From Promethearchaeota archaeon (GTDB lineage Archaea > Asgardarchaeota > Lokiarchaeia > Sigyniarchaeales > SOKP01): DNA of 64,000 nucleotides. Position 1 is the first letter of the stretch; each line of letters begins with the position of its first letter. Below the pieces are notes generated by a model. It did not search any database and was not told the origin of the DNA. It saw nothing but the letters and a program-made list of their open reading frames with translations. The translations under genes were made by a program, and so were the position numbers. The DNA lies in contig JAHPZA010000002.1 in the NCBI GenBank assembly GCA_019058445.1, forward strand, positions 128,415 to 192,414, written 5' to 3'. Positions 1 through 10,221 of the stretch are shown one piece after another.

Positions 1-23
1 AACTTGATTTATACACAAAAATC

Positions 24-1154
24 ATGAATCGTACGCGGAAAGCTGAAAAACGTAAGAAAAGAAAAATTATTTTATTGTTTATTTTAGGTTTCGCTATCGG
101 TAACATCTCTACAAATATTGTATCATTTTTTTTTCAGGAAAAAGTCACTCACATATATATCATATATAGTTCTGAAAAGGCAAGCTGGATGACCTATGCT
201 TATTCAGAGTTTTTAGAAGAGTGGAATATGAAGCACCCTGATGATAAGATAATAATACATATGCATCCTTATGGTTCATCGGACTCGATGATAAGCATTT
301 TGAACGGAGAAATAACACCGACAATATGGAGCCCTGCAAGCTCCATATGGATGCCCCTATTAAATGAAAAATGGAAAGAATATATGGATACAGATAAAGA
401 TATTGTAGATATTGATGAAGCTGTAAAAATTATTTTTTCTCCTATAGTAATTGCCACATGGGAGGATTTTAACAAAACTCATAAAATTCATGGATTTTCC
501 GATTTATATGAGTTAAATAAAGATGATGATGTGGAAGTTAAAATGGCCCATACTGATCCAAGATTGTCAAATTCGGGATTTATGAGCACAATAATGGCAT
601 TATCTGCTAGCTCTGGAATCGATACTAAAGATTTAGAAATGGACGATTTAACAGATTCAGAAAACCAAAAATGGTTAACTACATTTGAATCTAGCGCTGT
701 TATGTATGGAAAATCTACAGGATTTTTGGCTAGGTACATGCAAGATGGAGGTCCAGACAAATTAAATGTAGCCTTTCTCTATGAGAATTTAATCAAAGAT
801 ATTTCAAGTGAAGCGGAGGGAGGTAAAGTTATTGCTATATATCCAGAAGAGGGTACGATGTATAGTGATCATCCCTTTTGTATTTTAGATGCAGACTGGA
901 TTTCACCAAAACAACGAGAAGTAGCAGAGGAATTCCTAGATTTTCTGGAGGAAAGTAAAACTGTCAAAGATGCTATGGATTATGGTTTTAGACCAATCGA
1001 TCAATCAATAGAATTAGACAAGGATGTGTTTGATTATGATGATAATGGAATTGCATATAATTTGACTGTTCCTGAATTAAAAACGCCTGATGATGGAGAT
1101 GTATTAGAAAGAATCCCAGATCTATGGTTGCTTTGTAAAGCAACAGCGTATTAA
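24..1154 (+). CDS. ABC transporter extracellular substrate-binding protein with N-terminal membrane anchor
   Basis: Basic N-terminus then one TM helix. Motifs IWSPASSIW, SPIVIA, HTDPRLSNSG, YENL and AIYPEEGT..SDHP are typical of a class II SBP subfamily. Directly upstream of a permease. Confidence 0.8.
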   Translation: MNRTRKAEKRKKRKIILLFILGFAIGNISTNIVSFFFQEKVTHIYIIYSSEKASWMTYAYSEFLEEWNMKHPDDKIIIHMHPYGSSDSMISILNGEITPTIWSPASSIWMPLLNEKWKEYMDTDKDIVDIDEAVKIIFSPIVIATWEDFNKTHKIHGFSDLYELNKDDDVEVKMAHTDPRLSNSGFMSTIMALSASSGIDTKDLEMDDLTDSENQKWLTTFESSAVMYGKSTGFLARYMQDGGPDKLNVAFLYENLIKDISSEAEGGKVIAIYPEEGTMYSDHPFCILDADWISPKQREVAEEFLDFLEESKTVKDAMDYGFRPIDQSIELDKDVFDYDDNGIAYNLTVPELKTPDDGDVLERIPDLWLLCKATAY

Positions 1155-1180
1155 TAATTAAAAATTATAAAGAGAATAAG

Positions 1181-2848
1181 ATGACAAAACAAACTGAAAT
1201 TTTAAGTGAACGAGAAATAATTGATGAAATTGAATTACCTTTTAGTTTGAAATTCGATAGATTTTTTTCTAAGCCTGTATATCGTAAAAGTTTAGATGCA
1301 ATAACTATATCTTTCTTTATCTTAGTTGTTATTGGCCCTATAATTTTCATTTTTTTAACAATCTTGCTGAATATTTCCACCATACAAAAGGAGGTTTTTA
1401 ATGATAAATTGTTGGGAGATTTAAAATGGCAAATGATGCTTGAGTCTCTGATAATATCGTTTACAATCGCTGCAATTGCTGTGGCTGTCGATTTGGTTAT
1501 AGCTTTTCCAACAGCCATTATTTTGACTCGTTATAAATTTAGAGGAAAGGAAATTATCGATGCCTTAGTGGATTTACCGATGGCAGTACCGACTGGAGCA
1601 TTAGGCTTTTCCATTTTATTATTCTGGGGTCTTTTTCTCATTGAACCCGGATTCTATTTAATCCTTCTAGGACATGTAGTATTTACTTTTCCTTATATAG
1701 TTCGTAATATGAAAATTGTTTTAGAAAAGGCAGATGTATTATATGAAGATGCTGCAAGAAGTTTAGGGGCACCAGGAGTTACTGTTTTTCGTACGATAAC
1801 TCTTCCAATGATGAAAGAAGGTATTATCGCAGGAGCCATTCTTGCGTTCACGAGAAGCCTTGGCGAGACAGGAGCAACATTAATTTTATCAGGTTTAGTA
1901 GAGACATCACCTATTTTAATTGTCGGATTTCGTAGACAATTAGAGCTGCCTGCAGCTTCACTCCTTGCTGGAATCTTAATAGCAATATCAATTACACTTC
2001 TCTTTTCAGTTAAATTCTTTACAAGGAAGATTGGATTTCCTATTAAAAGTGTTTTACCCGAATTTGAAAGAAGATTAAGTCATAGATATTTGCGGTATAT
2101 AAGAGACGGATTGGTAGCAACGATTATTATTGTGATGATATTAGTTCCTTCATTTTACGTGATTTCTCAAGTATTTGATGTGACAATAATTGATGAGGTA
2201 TTTTTTGGCCCAGATTACAAATGGGCCTATTTATATGTAGCTTTAATGAATTCAATACAAATTGCTGCTCTAGCTGTTATTATTAATCTGATTTTCGGTA
2301 TACCTTTTGCTTTTATAATTGTCAAGAGAAATTGGGGAAAAGCCATAACTTTTTTAGATACAATCTTAGATATACCAATTGCAATACCATCTGCTGCCCT
2401 TGGTTTTGCTGTATTTATGTTTTGGGGACCTGCCGGAATAGGCTTATTTCAACCAGGATTTTATATGATTCTATTTGTTCATGTTACATTCACTTTTCCA
2501 TATATGGTTCGACCTATTATTGGAGTTTTAGAATCTACTAATGTAGGGGTTGAAGAAGCTGCTCGAACTTTGGGAGCATCGAATATGACTGTATTTAGGC
2601 GAATTACACTTCCAAGTATTAAGCAGGGAATTATTGCGGGGTGTATTATGGTTTTTACCCGCTCACTTGGAGAAACAGGGGCAACAATCGTTGTTATGGG
2701 CGGGATACGAACAGTTCCAGTTTTAATAGTTGATTGGGTTGAGGCAAATGCTTTTCCTAGTGCTATATTCGCAAGTACTATCGTTATTATTTTTAGTGCT
2801 TTCTTAATTTTTGCTTTAAGAACAGTTCGAAAAAAAGGAGGTGAATAA
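1181..2848 (+). CDS. ABC transporter permease with two fused TM domains (FbpB/ThiP/CysTW-like)
   Basis: Two EAA loops (EDAARSLGA, EEAARTLGA) and two FTRSLGETGAT repeats; about 12 TM helices. Confidence 0.9.
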   Translation: MTKQTEILSEREIIDEIELPFSLKFDRFFSKPVYRKSLDAITISFFILVVIGPIIFIFLTILLNISTIQKEVFNDKLLGDLKWQMMLESLIISFTIAAIAVAVDLVIAFPTAIILTRYKFRGKEIIDALVDLPMAVPTGALGFSILLFWGLFLIEPGFYLILLGHVVFTFPYIVRNMKIVLEKADVLYEDAARSLGAPGVTVFRTITLPMMKEGIIAGAILAFTRSLGETGATLILSGLVETSPILIVGFRRQLELPAASLLAGILIAISITLLFSVKFFTRKIGFPIKSVLPEFERRLSHRYLRYIRDGLVATIIIVMILVPSFYVISQVFDVTIIDEVFFGPDYKWAYLYVALMNSIQIAALAVIINLIFGIPFAFIIVKRNWGKAITFLDTILDIPIAIPSAALGFAVFMFWGPAGIGLFQPGFYMILFVHVTFTFPYMVRPIIGVLESTNVGVEEAARTLGASNMTVFRRITLPSIKQGIIAGCIMVFTRSLGETGATIVVMGGIRTVPVLIVDWVEANAFPSAIFASTIVIIFSAFLIFALRTVRKKGGE

Positions 2849-2850
2849 AG

Positions 2851-3996
2851 CTGCCAAGTATAGAACTCATGAATGTAACTAAAACATTTGATGATGGGAA
2901 AGTTCTTGCTGTTGACAATATTTCTTTAATAATAAATGATGGAGATTATATATTTCTGCTTGGACCAAGTGGTTGCGGTAAAACTACCACATTACGAATG
3001 ATTGCAGGCCTAGAACAGCCAACAGAGGGAAAAGTGTTGATTGACGGTAAAGATGTTGAGGGAGTTCCGCCTGAAGACAGAGATATGGGATTTATATTCC
3101 AGCATTTTGAAATATTCGATCAAATGACTGTTTGGGAAAATGTTACCTTTGGACTGGAAATGCGGGGATATGAGGAGGATTACATCATTAAAGAAGCCAA
3201 AAAAGCATTAAAAACAGTTGAGTTATTAGAGTATGCTGATGAGTACCCTTCGATTTTTGGTAATCCAGGATTGCAAAAATTAGGAATAGCAAGGGCCATA
3301 GCAACTGGGGCTAAAATTCTTATTATGGACGAACCACTAGGGTCTTTAGATCCCAAAGTTTCAAAAGTGTTTCGTCATGAATTAAGGAACCTCATTAAGG
3401 ACTTAGGTCTTACTGCTATACATGTTACGCACAATCAAGAAGAAGCAATGGCAATTGCAGATAAAATTATTGTTATGAGGGCAGGAAGGATTCTTCAAAT
3501 GGGCACACCATATGAATTATATGAAAATCCAAAAAGCATATTTGTTGCCAATTTTTTAGGAGAAACAAATTTTTTTCAGGGTTTTGTTCTAAAATTGCTC
3601 GGAGATGGAATAATAAAAATTTGGACTCGTTTAGGAGGTCCCAAATTATTTTGCAATGATTATGGTAATGGATTTAACTTAGATGATAATATCGTTATAG
3701 CATTTCGGTATGAGGATATTTACCTATTTCCTTTAAATTATAATTTTGAAAAGAGCCGCTATGATTGGTCTAAAATGGAATTTTTTAAAGCCGTCTTAAA
3801 ATCCAAGAGATTTATAGGGAGTACTAAAAGGTTTTATTTAGCTTTAGACAATGATGATAAATTCTTATCAACAAAACCGGGAACTTTTGTTGAAAACTAC
3901 AAACCCGGAGAAGAATTAATCGTGGGTATCCACCAAGACGACATTCATGTATTTAAAGCCCCTGATGACCTTATGTATGAATTATCTTTAATGTAA
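2851..3996 (+). CDS. ABC transporter ATP-binding subunit 1 (degenerate signature motif; probable CTG start)
   Basis: Walker A GPSGCGKT, Q-loop FQH, Walker B ILIMDEP, H-loop VTH; signature reads FGNPG. The ORF track starts at ATG 2869, but in-frame CTG 2851 follows the SD GGAGGTGA. Confidence 0.9.
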   Translation: MPSIELMNVTKTFDDGKVLAVDNISLIINDGDYIFLLGPSGCGKTTTLRMIAGLEQPTEGKVLIDGKDVEGVPPEDRDMGFIFQHFEIFDQMTVWENVTFGLEMRGYEEDYIIKEAKKALKTVELLEYADEYPSIFGNPGLQKLGIARAIATGAKILIMDEPLGSLDPKVSKVFRHELRNLIKDLGLTAIHVTHNQEEAMAIADKIIVMRAGRILQMGTPYELYENPKSIFVANFLGETNFFQGFVLKLLGDGIIKIWTRLGGPKLFCNDYGNGFNLDDNIVIAFRYEDIYLFPLNYNFEKSRYDWSKMEFFKAVLKSKRFIGSTKRFYLALDNDDKFLSTKPGTFVENYKPGEELIVGIHQDDIHVFKAPDDLMYELSLM

Positions 3997-4013
3997 AAGG
4001 AGGTAATATTTTT

Positions 4014-5237
4014 ATGGTAGAAATTAAATTAAAAAATGTTTCAAAGTCTTTTAAGGATTTGAAAGCACTTGACAATGTATCTCTTACAATTAAGGATAAA
4101 GAATATTTCATAATACTCGGTCCGACTGGAGCTGGAAAAACAACCTTACTAAAAATAATTGGCGGACTTATCAAACCTGATTCTGGAGAAGTTCTTTTTA
4201 ATAACAAAAACGTGACAAAGCTTAGTCCTGGAGAGAGGAACTTAGGTTTTATGTTTGAAAATTACGCATTATTCCCCCATATGACTATTTATGATAATAT
4301 TGCTTATAGCTCACGGGTTCATGCTCGAGACCCAAAACAGACTCAAAAAATAGTGGAACAAGTTTTAATGATGACTCTGTTGACTGGAAGAAACGAAGCC
4401 TTACCAGAGGAAATGAGCGGCGGAATGAAGCAACGAGTTGCACTCTGTCGTGCACTCATGAATTTAGAGCAAACCAAATTATTAATATTAGATGAGCCAT
4501 TAAAAGCCCTCGATGCTGGACTTAGAATGAGTTTAAGAAGGGAATTATTATTAATGGCAAAATCTCAGTTATTAGAGTTAACTGTTATACATGTGACGAA
4601 TGAGGAAGAAGAAGCTATGATGCTTGCTGATAGAATAGCTGTTATGAATGAAGGAAAAGTTGTTCAAGTTGGAACACCTTATGAGATATATTATCAACCT
4701 AAGAATCTTTTTGTAGCAAACTTTATGAGTGAAATAAATTATTTTAATGGCAAATGTGTAAAAAACGGAGAAGTGTTGAATCATAATAATCTAAATTCTG
4801 AAAAATTGGATGATATATTTTTACAAATTAAAAAATCTTCAATTCCAATGCAAATCGATATCGGAATGAATAATTTTCTTACTGCTTTTATAGAAAGAAA
4901 GACCTATAACGAGATGAAAAATGGAGATAGAGTTCTATTGGTTGTTAGGGCCAATCATATTAAAATTCGGTTGGGTCATCGTAAGAAAGATAAACATAAT
5001 GCCATCTTAGGAAGAATATCTAGAAGAAAATTTATGGGTGTTTTTTATCGATTTGAAGTGCTTGTAAAAATAAATGGTTCAGAAAAAATCATAATTGTAA
5101 CAAATCCCGCTACTTCTGAAATCCATAATTCTATTTTAGAAGATTCAGAAGTTACAATTTATTTTCCGGAAGAGTTGGGAATTATCTTTAAGCATCCGGG
5201 AAAAGATGTTGTTAATAAAGTATTGAAATTAGAATAA
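4014..5237 (+). CDS. ABC transporter ATP-binding subunit 2 (Q-loop and H-loop substituted)
   Basis: Walker A GPTGAGKT, signature MSGGM, LILDEP; Q-loop reads FEN and H-loop reads VTN; C-terminal TOBE-like region. Confidence 0.9.
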   Translation: MVEIKLKNVSKSFKDLKALDNVSLTIKDKEYFIILGPTGAGKTTLLKIIGGLIKPDSGEVLFNNKNVTKLSPGERNLGFMFENYALFPHMTIYDNIAYSSRVHARDPKQTQKIVEQVLMMTLLTGRNEALPEEMSGGMKQRVALCRALMNLEQTKLLILDEPLKALDAGLRMSLRRELLLMAKSQLLELTVIHVTNEEEEAMMLADRIAVMNEGKVVQVGTPYEIYYQPKNLFVANFMSEINYFNGKCVKNGEVLNHNNLNSEKLDDIFLQIKKSSIPMQIDIGMNNFLTAFIERKTYNEMKNGDRVLLVVRANHIKIRLGHRKKDKHNAILGRISRRKFMGVFYRFEVLVKINGSEKIIIVTNPATSEIHNSILEDSEVTIYFPEELGIIFKHPGKDVVNKVLKLE

Positions 5238-5271
5238 ATATGGTTAAAAAATACAATAAGAGGAAATAAAG

Positions 5272-5955
5272 ATGAGTTCATTATCTGAATGGTTTAAGTC
5301 TCGTAATGAGCAAAGTGTAATTAATAAGACATTAGTTCATATGCAAAAAATTCTGGAAGTTGTTGTTGAATTTGAAAAAGGATTGACTTTTTACTTGGAA
5401 GAAAAAAATTTAGAACTCGCAATAAAAGTTTTCAACAGAGTTACGGAATTAGAACATCAAGCAGATAGAATCAGGCGGAATATATTAAATATGATCTCAA
5501 AAGCTGAAATTTCTATAACAATTCGTGAAAATTTAGTACACCTTACGCAAAGGATTGATGATATTGCAAATGCCACTAATGCTTGTGCCAGGATACTTCT
5601 CTACATGAACCATTCTGATTTTTTAAATTTAGAAAAAGAAGTTCATTCAAAACTTTTAGAAATTGTCAGAATTACTGTAGAGGCTGTTAAAAAAGTAAAT
5701 AAAATGGTAAATGAAATATTAAAAATAGGTGAAGCTGAAATTCAAAAATTAGGGGAAGAGGTTAATATTTTAGAACACAAATGCGATGAGTTGCGTTTTG
5801 ATATCAATAAAATACTAGTTTCCAACCATCCGGATATTAATCCGTTCAGTGCAATCGAGATTCATAATTTTATATCAATAATAGAAGCTATTAGTGATAA
5901 TGCTGAAGATGTTGCAGATTACATAATAATGCTAACAGTTGCAAAAAGAACATAA
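5272..5955 (+). CDS. DUF47 / PhoU-like phosphate transport regulator
   Basis: LEHQADRIRR, IDDIAN, LEHKCD and EAISDNAEDVAD repeats. Confidence 0.85.
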   Translation: MSSLSEWFKSRNEQSVINKTLVHMQKILEVVVEFEKGLTFYLEEKNLELAIKVFNRVTELEHQADRIRRNILNMISKAEISITIRENLVHLTQRIDDIANATNACARILLYMNHSDFLNLEKEVHSKLLEIVRITVEAVKKVNKMVNEILKIGEAEIQKLGEEVNILEHKCDELRFDINKILVSNHPDINPFSAIEIHNFISIIEAISDNAEDVADYIIMLTVAKRT

Positions 5956-6205
5956 TGGTAATACAAAACTCAAGGTTTTTTTTTTGTTATTTTATTCAAG
6001 TATGAGTTTAATTCTAAAATAAGAATAAATCAAGAAATCACAATTTTTTGGATATCTTTCTTAGGTTCTGCTATGGTTTTTTTACCTCTTTTTCATCTAT
6101 ATAGTCTATTTAGAGAATAATAATAATTCATATATGAATAATAAATTTAAATTATCTCTATAGATTATGTAAAATATATTTAGATTAGATTCACATATTA
6201 GAATA

Positions 6206-6877
6206 ATGATTGATCTTACTGATTTATCTGATAAAAACTTAAAGAAGTTAAAAATTGACGATTTAACCCATATGTTCATGGACAGTATAAATGAACAGAC
6301 TTTAAAAATGATCGAGGGAATAAATTATCTAATAAAAGAAGACTTCGATAATTTTGAAAAGAATTTAAGGTATGTTATTGACACTAAAACTGAAATTCAA
6401 ATAAAAAAAGCATTTGAAGCGAAAATATTTAAGTCTAAACTTATGTTCTCAAAAGCAGATAGATTAAAGGTTTTTTCTAAAATAAATGATATAAAAGATA
6501 TTGGAGAATATTTAGCAAATAAATTACTTGTTTATAAAGTAGTATTTCCTGATGAAAAATTTAAACTCAGGATTGAGCTTATTCTTAAATATCTTAGAGA
6601 AATTTCGGTTAATTTGGTTGACGCGGTAAAGACAATAGGGACAGATTTAACACATGCCCATGATATCTGCGAACACATTAAAGATGAAAGAAGAAAAATG
6701 AGAGTTGAGGAGTGGAATTTATTAAGACGGCTTTGGAATTATGAAATGGATTATATTCCTAAAGAATTCATATATCTTAAAGAGATGATTGAGGGCATTA
6801 TGATGTTAGCCGACCATATTAAGAAATTTTCGGAGTATATTCAGTTCTTGGCTACTAAATATTATTACTTTAAATAA
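6206..6877 (+). CDS. Divergent DUF47 / PhoU-like helical-bundle protein
   Basis: Same length and helical pattern as its neighbours; C-terminal LADHIKKFSEYI resembles ISDxxEDVADYI; lies just upstream of PiT. Confidence 0.55.
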   Translation: MIDLTDLSDKNLKKLKIDDLTHMFMDSINEQTLKMIEGINYLIKEDFDNFEKNLRYVIDTKTEIQIKKAFEAKIFKSKLMFSKADRLKVFSKINDIKDIGEYLANKLLVYKVVFPDEKFKLRIELILKYLREISVNLVDAVKTIGTDLTHAHDICEHIKDERRKMRVEEWNLLRRLWNYEMDYIPKEFIYLKEMIEGIMMLADHIKKFSEYIQFLATKYYYFK

Positions 6878-6899
6878 TCAAAACCTTGGGGTTAAATAT

Positions 6900-7931
6900 A
6901 TGGAATTTGAAATAGCGGGTATTATAGTTATTTTTTTAATCACATTAGCTATAGGGTTAGCATTTTCTATTGGTGCGAACGATGAGACATCAGCACCCTT
7001 AGCCGCTGCGGGAACATTAAAGATAAGAATGGTGTTAATAATTGGGGGCGCGGCAATTGCATTTGGTACGATCTTCTTATCCCAAGGAGTCGCGAGTATG
7101 GTTGGAGAGAAAATTTTAGGACCGGGAATTAAATACACTATTTTCATGCTTTTTGCGGTATTAATAAGCAGTATAATATGGCTGGTGATCGGGTCCTTTG
7201 CAGGAATACCTTTATCCAGTACTCACAGTCTTATAGGGAGTATTTTTGGGGTAGTTATTGTATATGCATTGTTTTATGGAGGTGTGGATCCTGCCACAGC
7301 ATTTAATTGGGATAAATTAGGAAGCGTTGTTATCTCATGGTTTTTAAGCCCATTATTTGGTCTTTTAGTAACGTACGGACTATATAAGCTAATCGAGAAG
7401 TTTTATTTATCAAAAAAAAAAGGATTAAATGAAATAGAGATTTCTGAGAAGAAATTTGCGTGGGCACTTGTGATAGCAATTATATTTGCAGAAATTTGGG
7501 TTGGAGCAAATTCAGCAGAAGCACTTGGTATATTATATGCGCTCTACAGCAATGGAGAAATAGATTTAGTTACTTATTATTTTTTTGTGGTAATATGTGC
7601 AATCCTAGCATTTTTGGGGTTATACATTGCTGGTCGCTATGTGATACGTAATTTGGCTAGTCAGCTAACGGATGCCCGTCCCTCTGATGGTTTCATTATA
7701 CAACTCAGTGCGGCTATAATATTAATGTTTTGCACCGTTTTTTATAGCGTTCCGATTAGTCACAGCCATGTCATCGTATTTAGTATTATAGGCTTAAATA
7801 TTGCGCAAAAGAAAGAAGTGGATTATGGAAAATTAGGCAAAATGTTTGTATTTTGGGTCTTAACGTTTCCGTTAGCAGCCCTTATGGCCGGACTTATCTA
7901 CTTCGGATTTCTTTCATTTGGATTTTACTAA
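6900..7931 (+). CDS. PiT/PHO4-family inorganic phosphate (anion) transporter
   Basis: GAND signature, PLSSTHSLIGS, second-half GANS and PISHSH; multiple TM helices; flanked by DUF47 genes. Confidence 0.85.
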   Translation: MEFEIAGIIVIFLITLAIGLAFSIGANDETSAPLAAAGTLKIRMVLIIGGAAIAFGTIFLSQGVASMVGEKILGPGIKYTIFMLFAVLISSIIWLVIGSFAGIPLSSTHSLIGSIFGVVIVYALFYGGVDPATAFNWDKLGSVVISWFLSPLFGLLVTYGLYKLIEKFYLSKKKGLNEIEISEKKFAWALVIAIIFAEIWVGANSAEALGILYALYSNGEIDLVTYYFFVVICAILAFLGLYIAGRYVIRNLASQLTDARPSDGFIIQLSAAIILMFCTVFYSVPISHSHVIVFSIIGLNIAQKKEVDYGKLGKMFVFWVLTFPLAALMAGLIYFGFLSFGFY

Positions 7932-7993
7932 TCTAAATAAAATATATATTTCTATATTTATTATTTAATCAATGAAAAAAAAAATATGGTAGA

Positions 7994-8692
7994 GTGGAAA
8001 AAGTGGGTTCATTAATTGAATATTTTAAAAAAAAAACCGCTGAAAATGTGCTGGAAAAAGCAATTAAACATGCCCAAAAAGTACAAGATTGCGTAAAAGA
8101 GCTTGATAAAGGTATTGAGACCTTACTTGAGGAGAGGAATGTTGAAAAATCCCATGAAATCTTTCATAATGTTGACTTGTTAGAAGGTGAAGCAGATACT
8201 ATCAGAAGAGATATATTAGCAGATATTTCAAAAGGAGAACTAAATCCTAGCGTAAGATTAGATTTATCTCATTTAATTAAACGATTGGATGACGTTGCGA
8301 ATTGCGCAAACGGAGTCGCTCGAAGAATTGCAACAATCCCGAAGGTTTTTTGGGAACAAAGCAGCGCAAAAACAATAGAATTAATACGAAATATGATGAA
8401 AATTACTGTAGAATGTGGTGATTACCTGGATAAAATGGTACTTGATTTATTAGAAGAGAGAAAGAATTTAAAGGAATATAGTAGACAAATAAACATTCTT
8501 GAACATAAAGTAGATCTACTAAATATTGATTTAAGAGGAAGTCTTCAAGAAACTGATTATAAAATCAATGCTTTTACAATTTTTACTGTGGGAAACACGA
8601 TAGATATTTTAGAAGCAATTTCAGACGCAATGGAAGTTGTAGCTGATTATATTATGCTTTTAATGAGAAGTGCGAGTGCAAGTTCATTATAA
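7994..8692 (+). CDS. DUF47 / PhoU-like phosphate transport regulator
   Basis: LEGEADTIRR, LDDVAN, LEHKVD, EAISDAMEVVADY. Confidence 0.85.
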   Translation: MEKVGSLIEYFKKKTAENVLEKAIKHAQKVQDCVKELDKGIETLLEERNVEKSHEIFHNVDLLEGEADTIRRDILADISKGELNPSVRLDLSHLIKRLDDVANCANGVARRIATIPKVFWEQSSAKTIELIRNMMKITVECGDYLDKMVLDLLEERKNLKEYSRQINILEHKVDLLNIDLRGSLQETDYKINAFTIFTVGNTIDILEAISDAMEVVADYIMLLMRSASASSL

Positions 8693-8861
8693 TTTTTAAG
8701 TGCTTTTTTTGCTATTTTAGGCTTTTATCTAAATTAGATATTAGAATAAATAGCTAATTTGTATCAAATAACATCAGTTTAATAAATTCCTAATGAAAAA
8801 TATAATAACTACTTGTATTCTTTATTTCAATTAGGGAAAGGAAAAAAATAATTGAACGAAA

Positions 8862-10214
8862 ATGGATCATAATTTTATACATCCAGTGGAGACCCGTTAT
8901 CGTACAGAAATCGCAAAATTGTTTACTGAAGAGCAAAAATTACAAAATTGGATGCGAGTAGAATCTGTATTAGCGAGTGTTCATGCGGAATTAGGTAACA
9001 TACCAATAGAAGCCGCAAAGGAAATAGAGAAAGCTAGAAAAAATGTAAAGTTAGAAAGAGTTAAAAAAATCGATAACGAAATTCATCATGATTTAATGGC
9101 TATGGTAAAGGCTCTGGCCGAGCAGTGTAAAGGAGATGCTGGCAAATATATTCACCTAGGCGCAACAAGTTATGATATTGAAGATACTGCTATAGCATTA
9201 CAGTTAAAAGAAGCATTAAAGTACATAAAGGATTCTCTATTGGATTTGTTAAAAGAATTAATTAGATTAATGGAAGAGAATAAAAAGCTTGTTTGTATAG
9301 GGCGAACTCATGGTCAACATGCAATTCCCACTACATATGGGATGAGGTTCGGGATTTGGGCATATGAAATTGATAGACATTTAGAGAGAATCTCTGAGAC
9401 ATTAAATCGGATTTCATTCGGAAAAATGTCTGGAGCTGTGGGTACCATGGCAAGTTTTGGTGAGAAAGGAATTCAGATTCAAGATGCGGTTATGAAGAAA
9501 TTAGATCTAAATCCCGTATTATTGGCAAATCAAATTGTTCAGAGAGATCGTCATGCTGAGGTAATTCTATTAACGTCAATGATAGGACAAACTCTGGCAA
9601 AAGTAGCAAGAGAACAACGAATTTTACAGCGCAATGAGATTGGGGAGATGTTTGAGCCTTTTAAGAAGAGCCAAGTTGGTAGTTCCACAATGCCACATAA
9701 AAGAAACCCCCATAAATCAGAACGCATATGTAGTTTAGCACGAGTGATAAAATCAAATGCTTTAGTTGCCCTAGATAATATAATTTTAGAAGATGAAAGG
9801 GATTTAACAAATTCTGCATCCGAACGAGTTATTTATGCTGAAAATTTTATATTTCTTGATTTTATGATAAAACAACTTACACAAATTCTTCAGGGGTTAG
9901 AATTCAATGAAAATAAAATAGAAGCAAATCTTAATCTTACGAAAGGAGCGTGTTTGGCCGAAAGAATAATGGTTGAATTAGTAAATAAGGGAATTGGAAG
10001 ACAAGAGGGGCATGAAATACTTCGACAGGCTGCCATTCAAGCTCGCAATGAAAATATCTATATGAAAGATATCCTAATTAAACATGATAAGATAAAAGAT
10101 AAATTCACAAAAAAAGAATTAGATGATGTTTTCAATCCCCATAATTATATTGGCAAGGCAGTTGAACAAGTTGAAAATCTAACGAAAATTCTAAAAAATA
10201 AATATAAAATATAA
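8862..10214 (+). CDS. purB: Adenylosuccinate lyase
   Basis: IHLGATSYDI, GRTHGQHA, GSSTMPHKRNP signature. Confidence 0.95.
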   Translation: MDHNFIHPVETRYRTEIAKLFTEEQKLQNWMRVESVLASVHAELGNIPIEAAKEIEKARKNVKLERVKKIDNEIHHDLMAMVKALAEQCKGDAGKYIHLGATSYDIEDTAIALQLKEALKYIKDSLLDLLKELIRLMEENKKLVCIGRTHGQHAIPTTYGMRFGIWAYEIDRHLERISETLNRISFGKMSGAVGTMASFGEKGIQIQDAVMKKLDLNPVLLANQIVQRDRHAEVILLTSMIGQTLAKVAREQRILQRNEIGEMFEPFKKSQVGSSTMPHKRNPHKSERICSLARVIKSNALVALDNIILEDERDLTNSASERVIYAENFIFLDFMIKQLTQILQGLEFNENKIEANLNLTKGACLAERIMVELVNKGIGRQEGHEILRQAAIQARNENIYMKDILIKHDKIKDKFTKKELDDVFNPHNYIGKAVEQVENLTKILKNKYKI

Positions 10215-10221
10215 TTAGATT

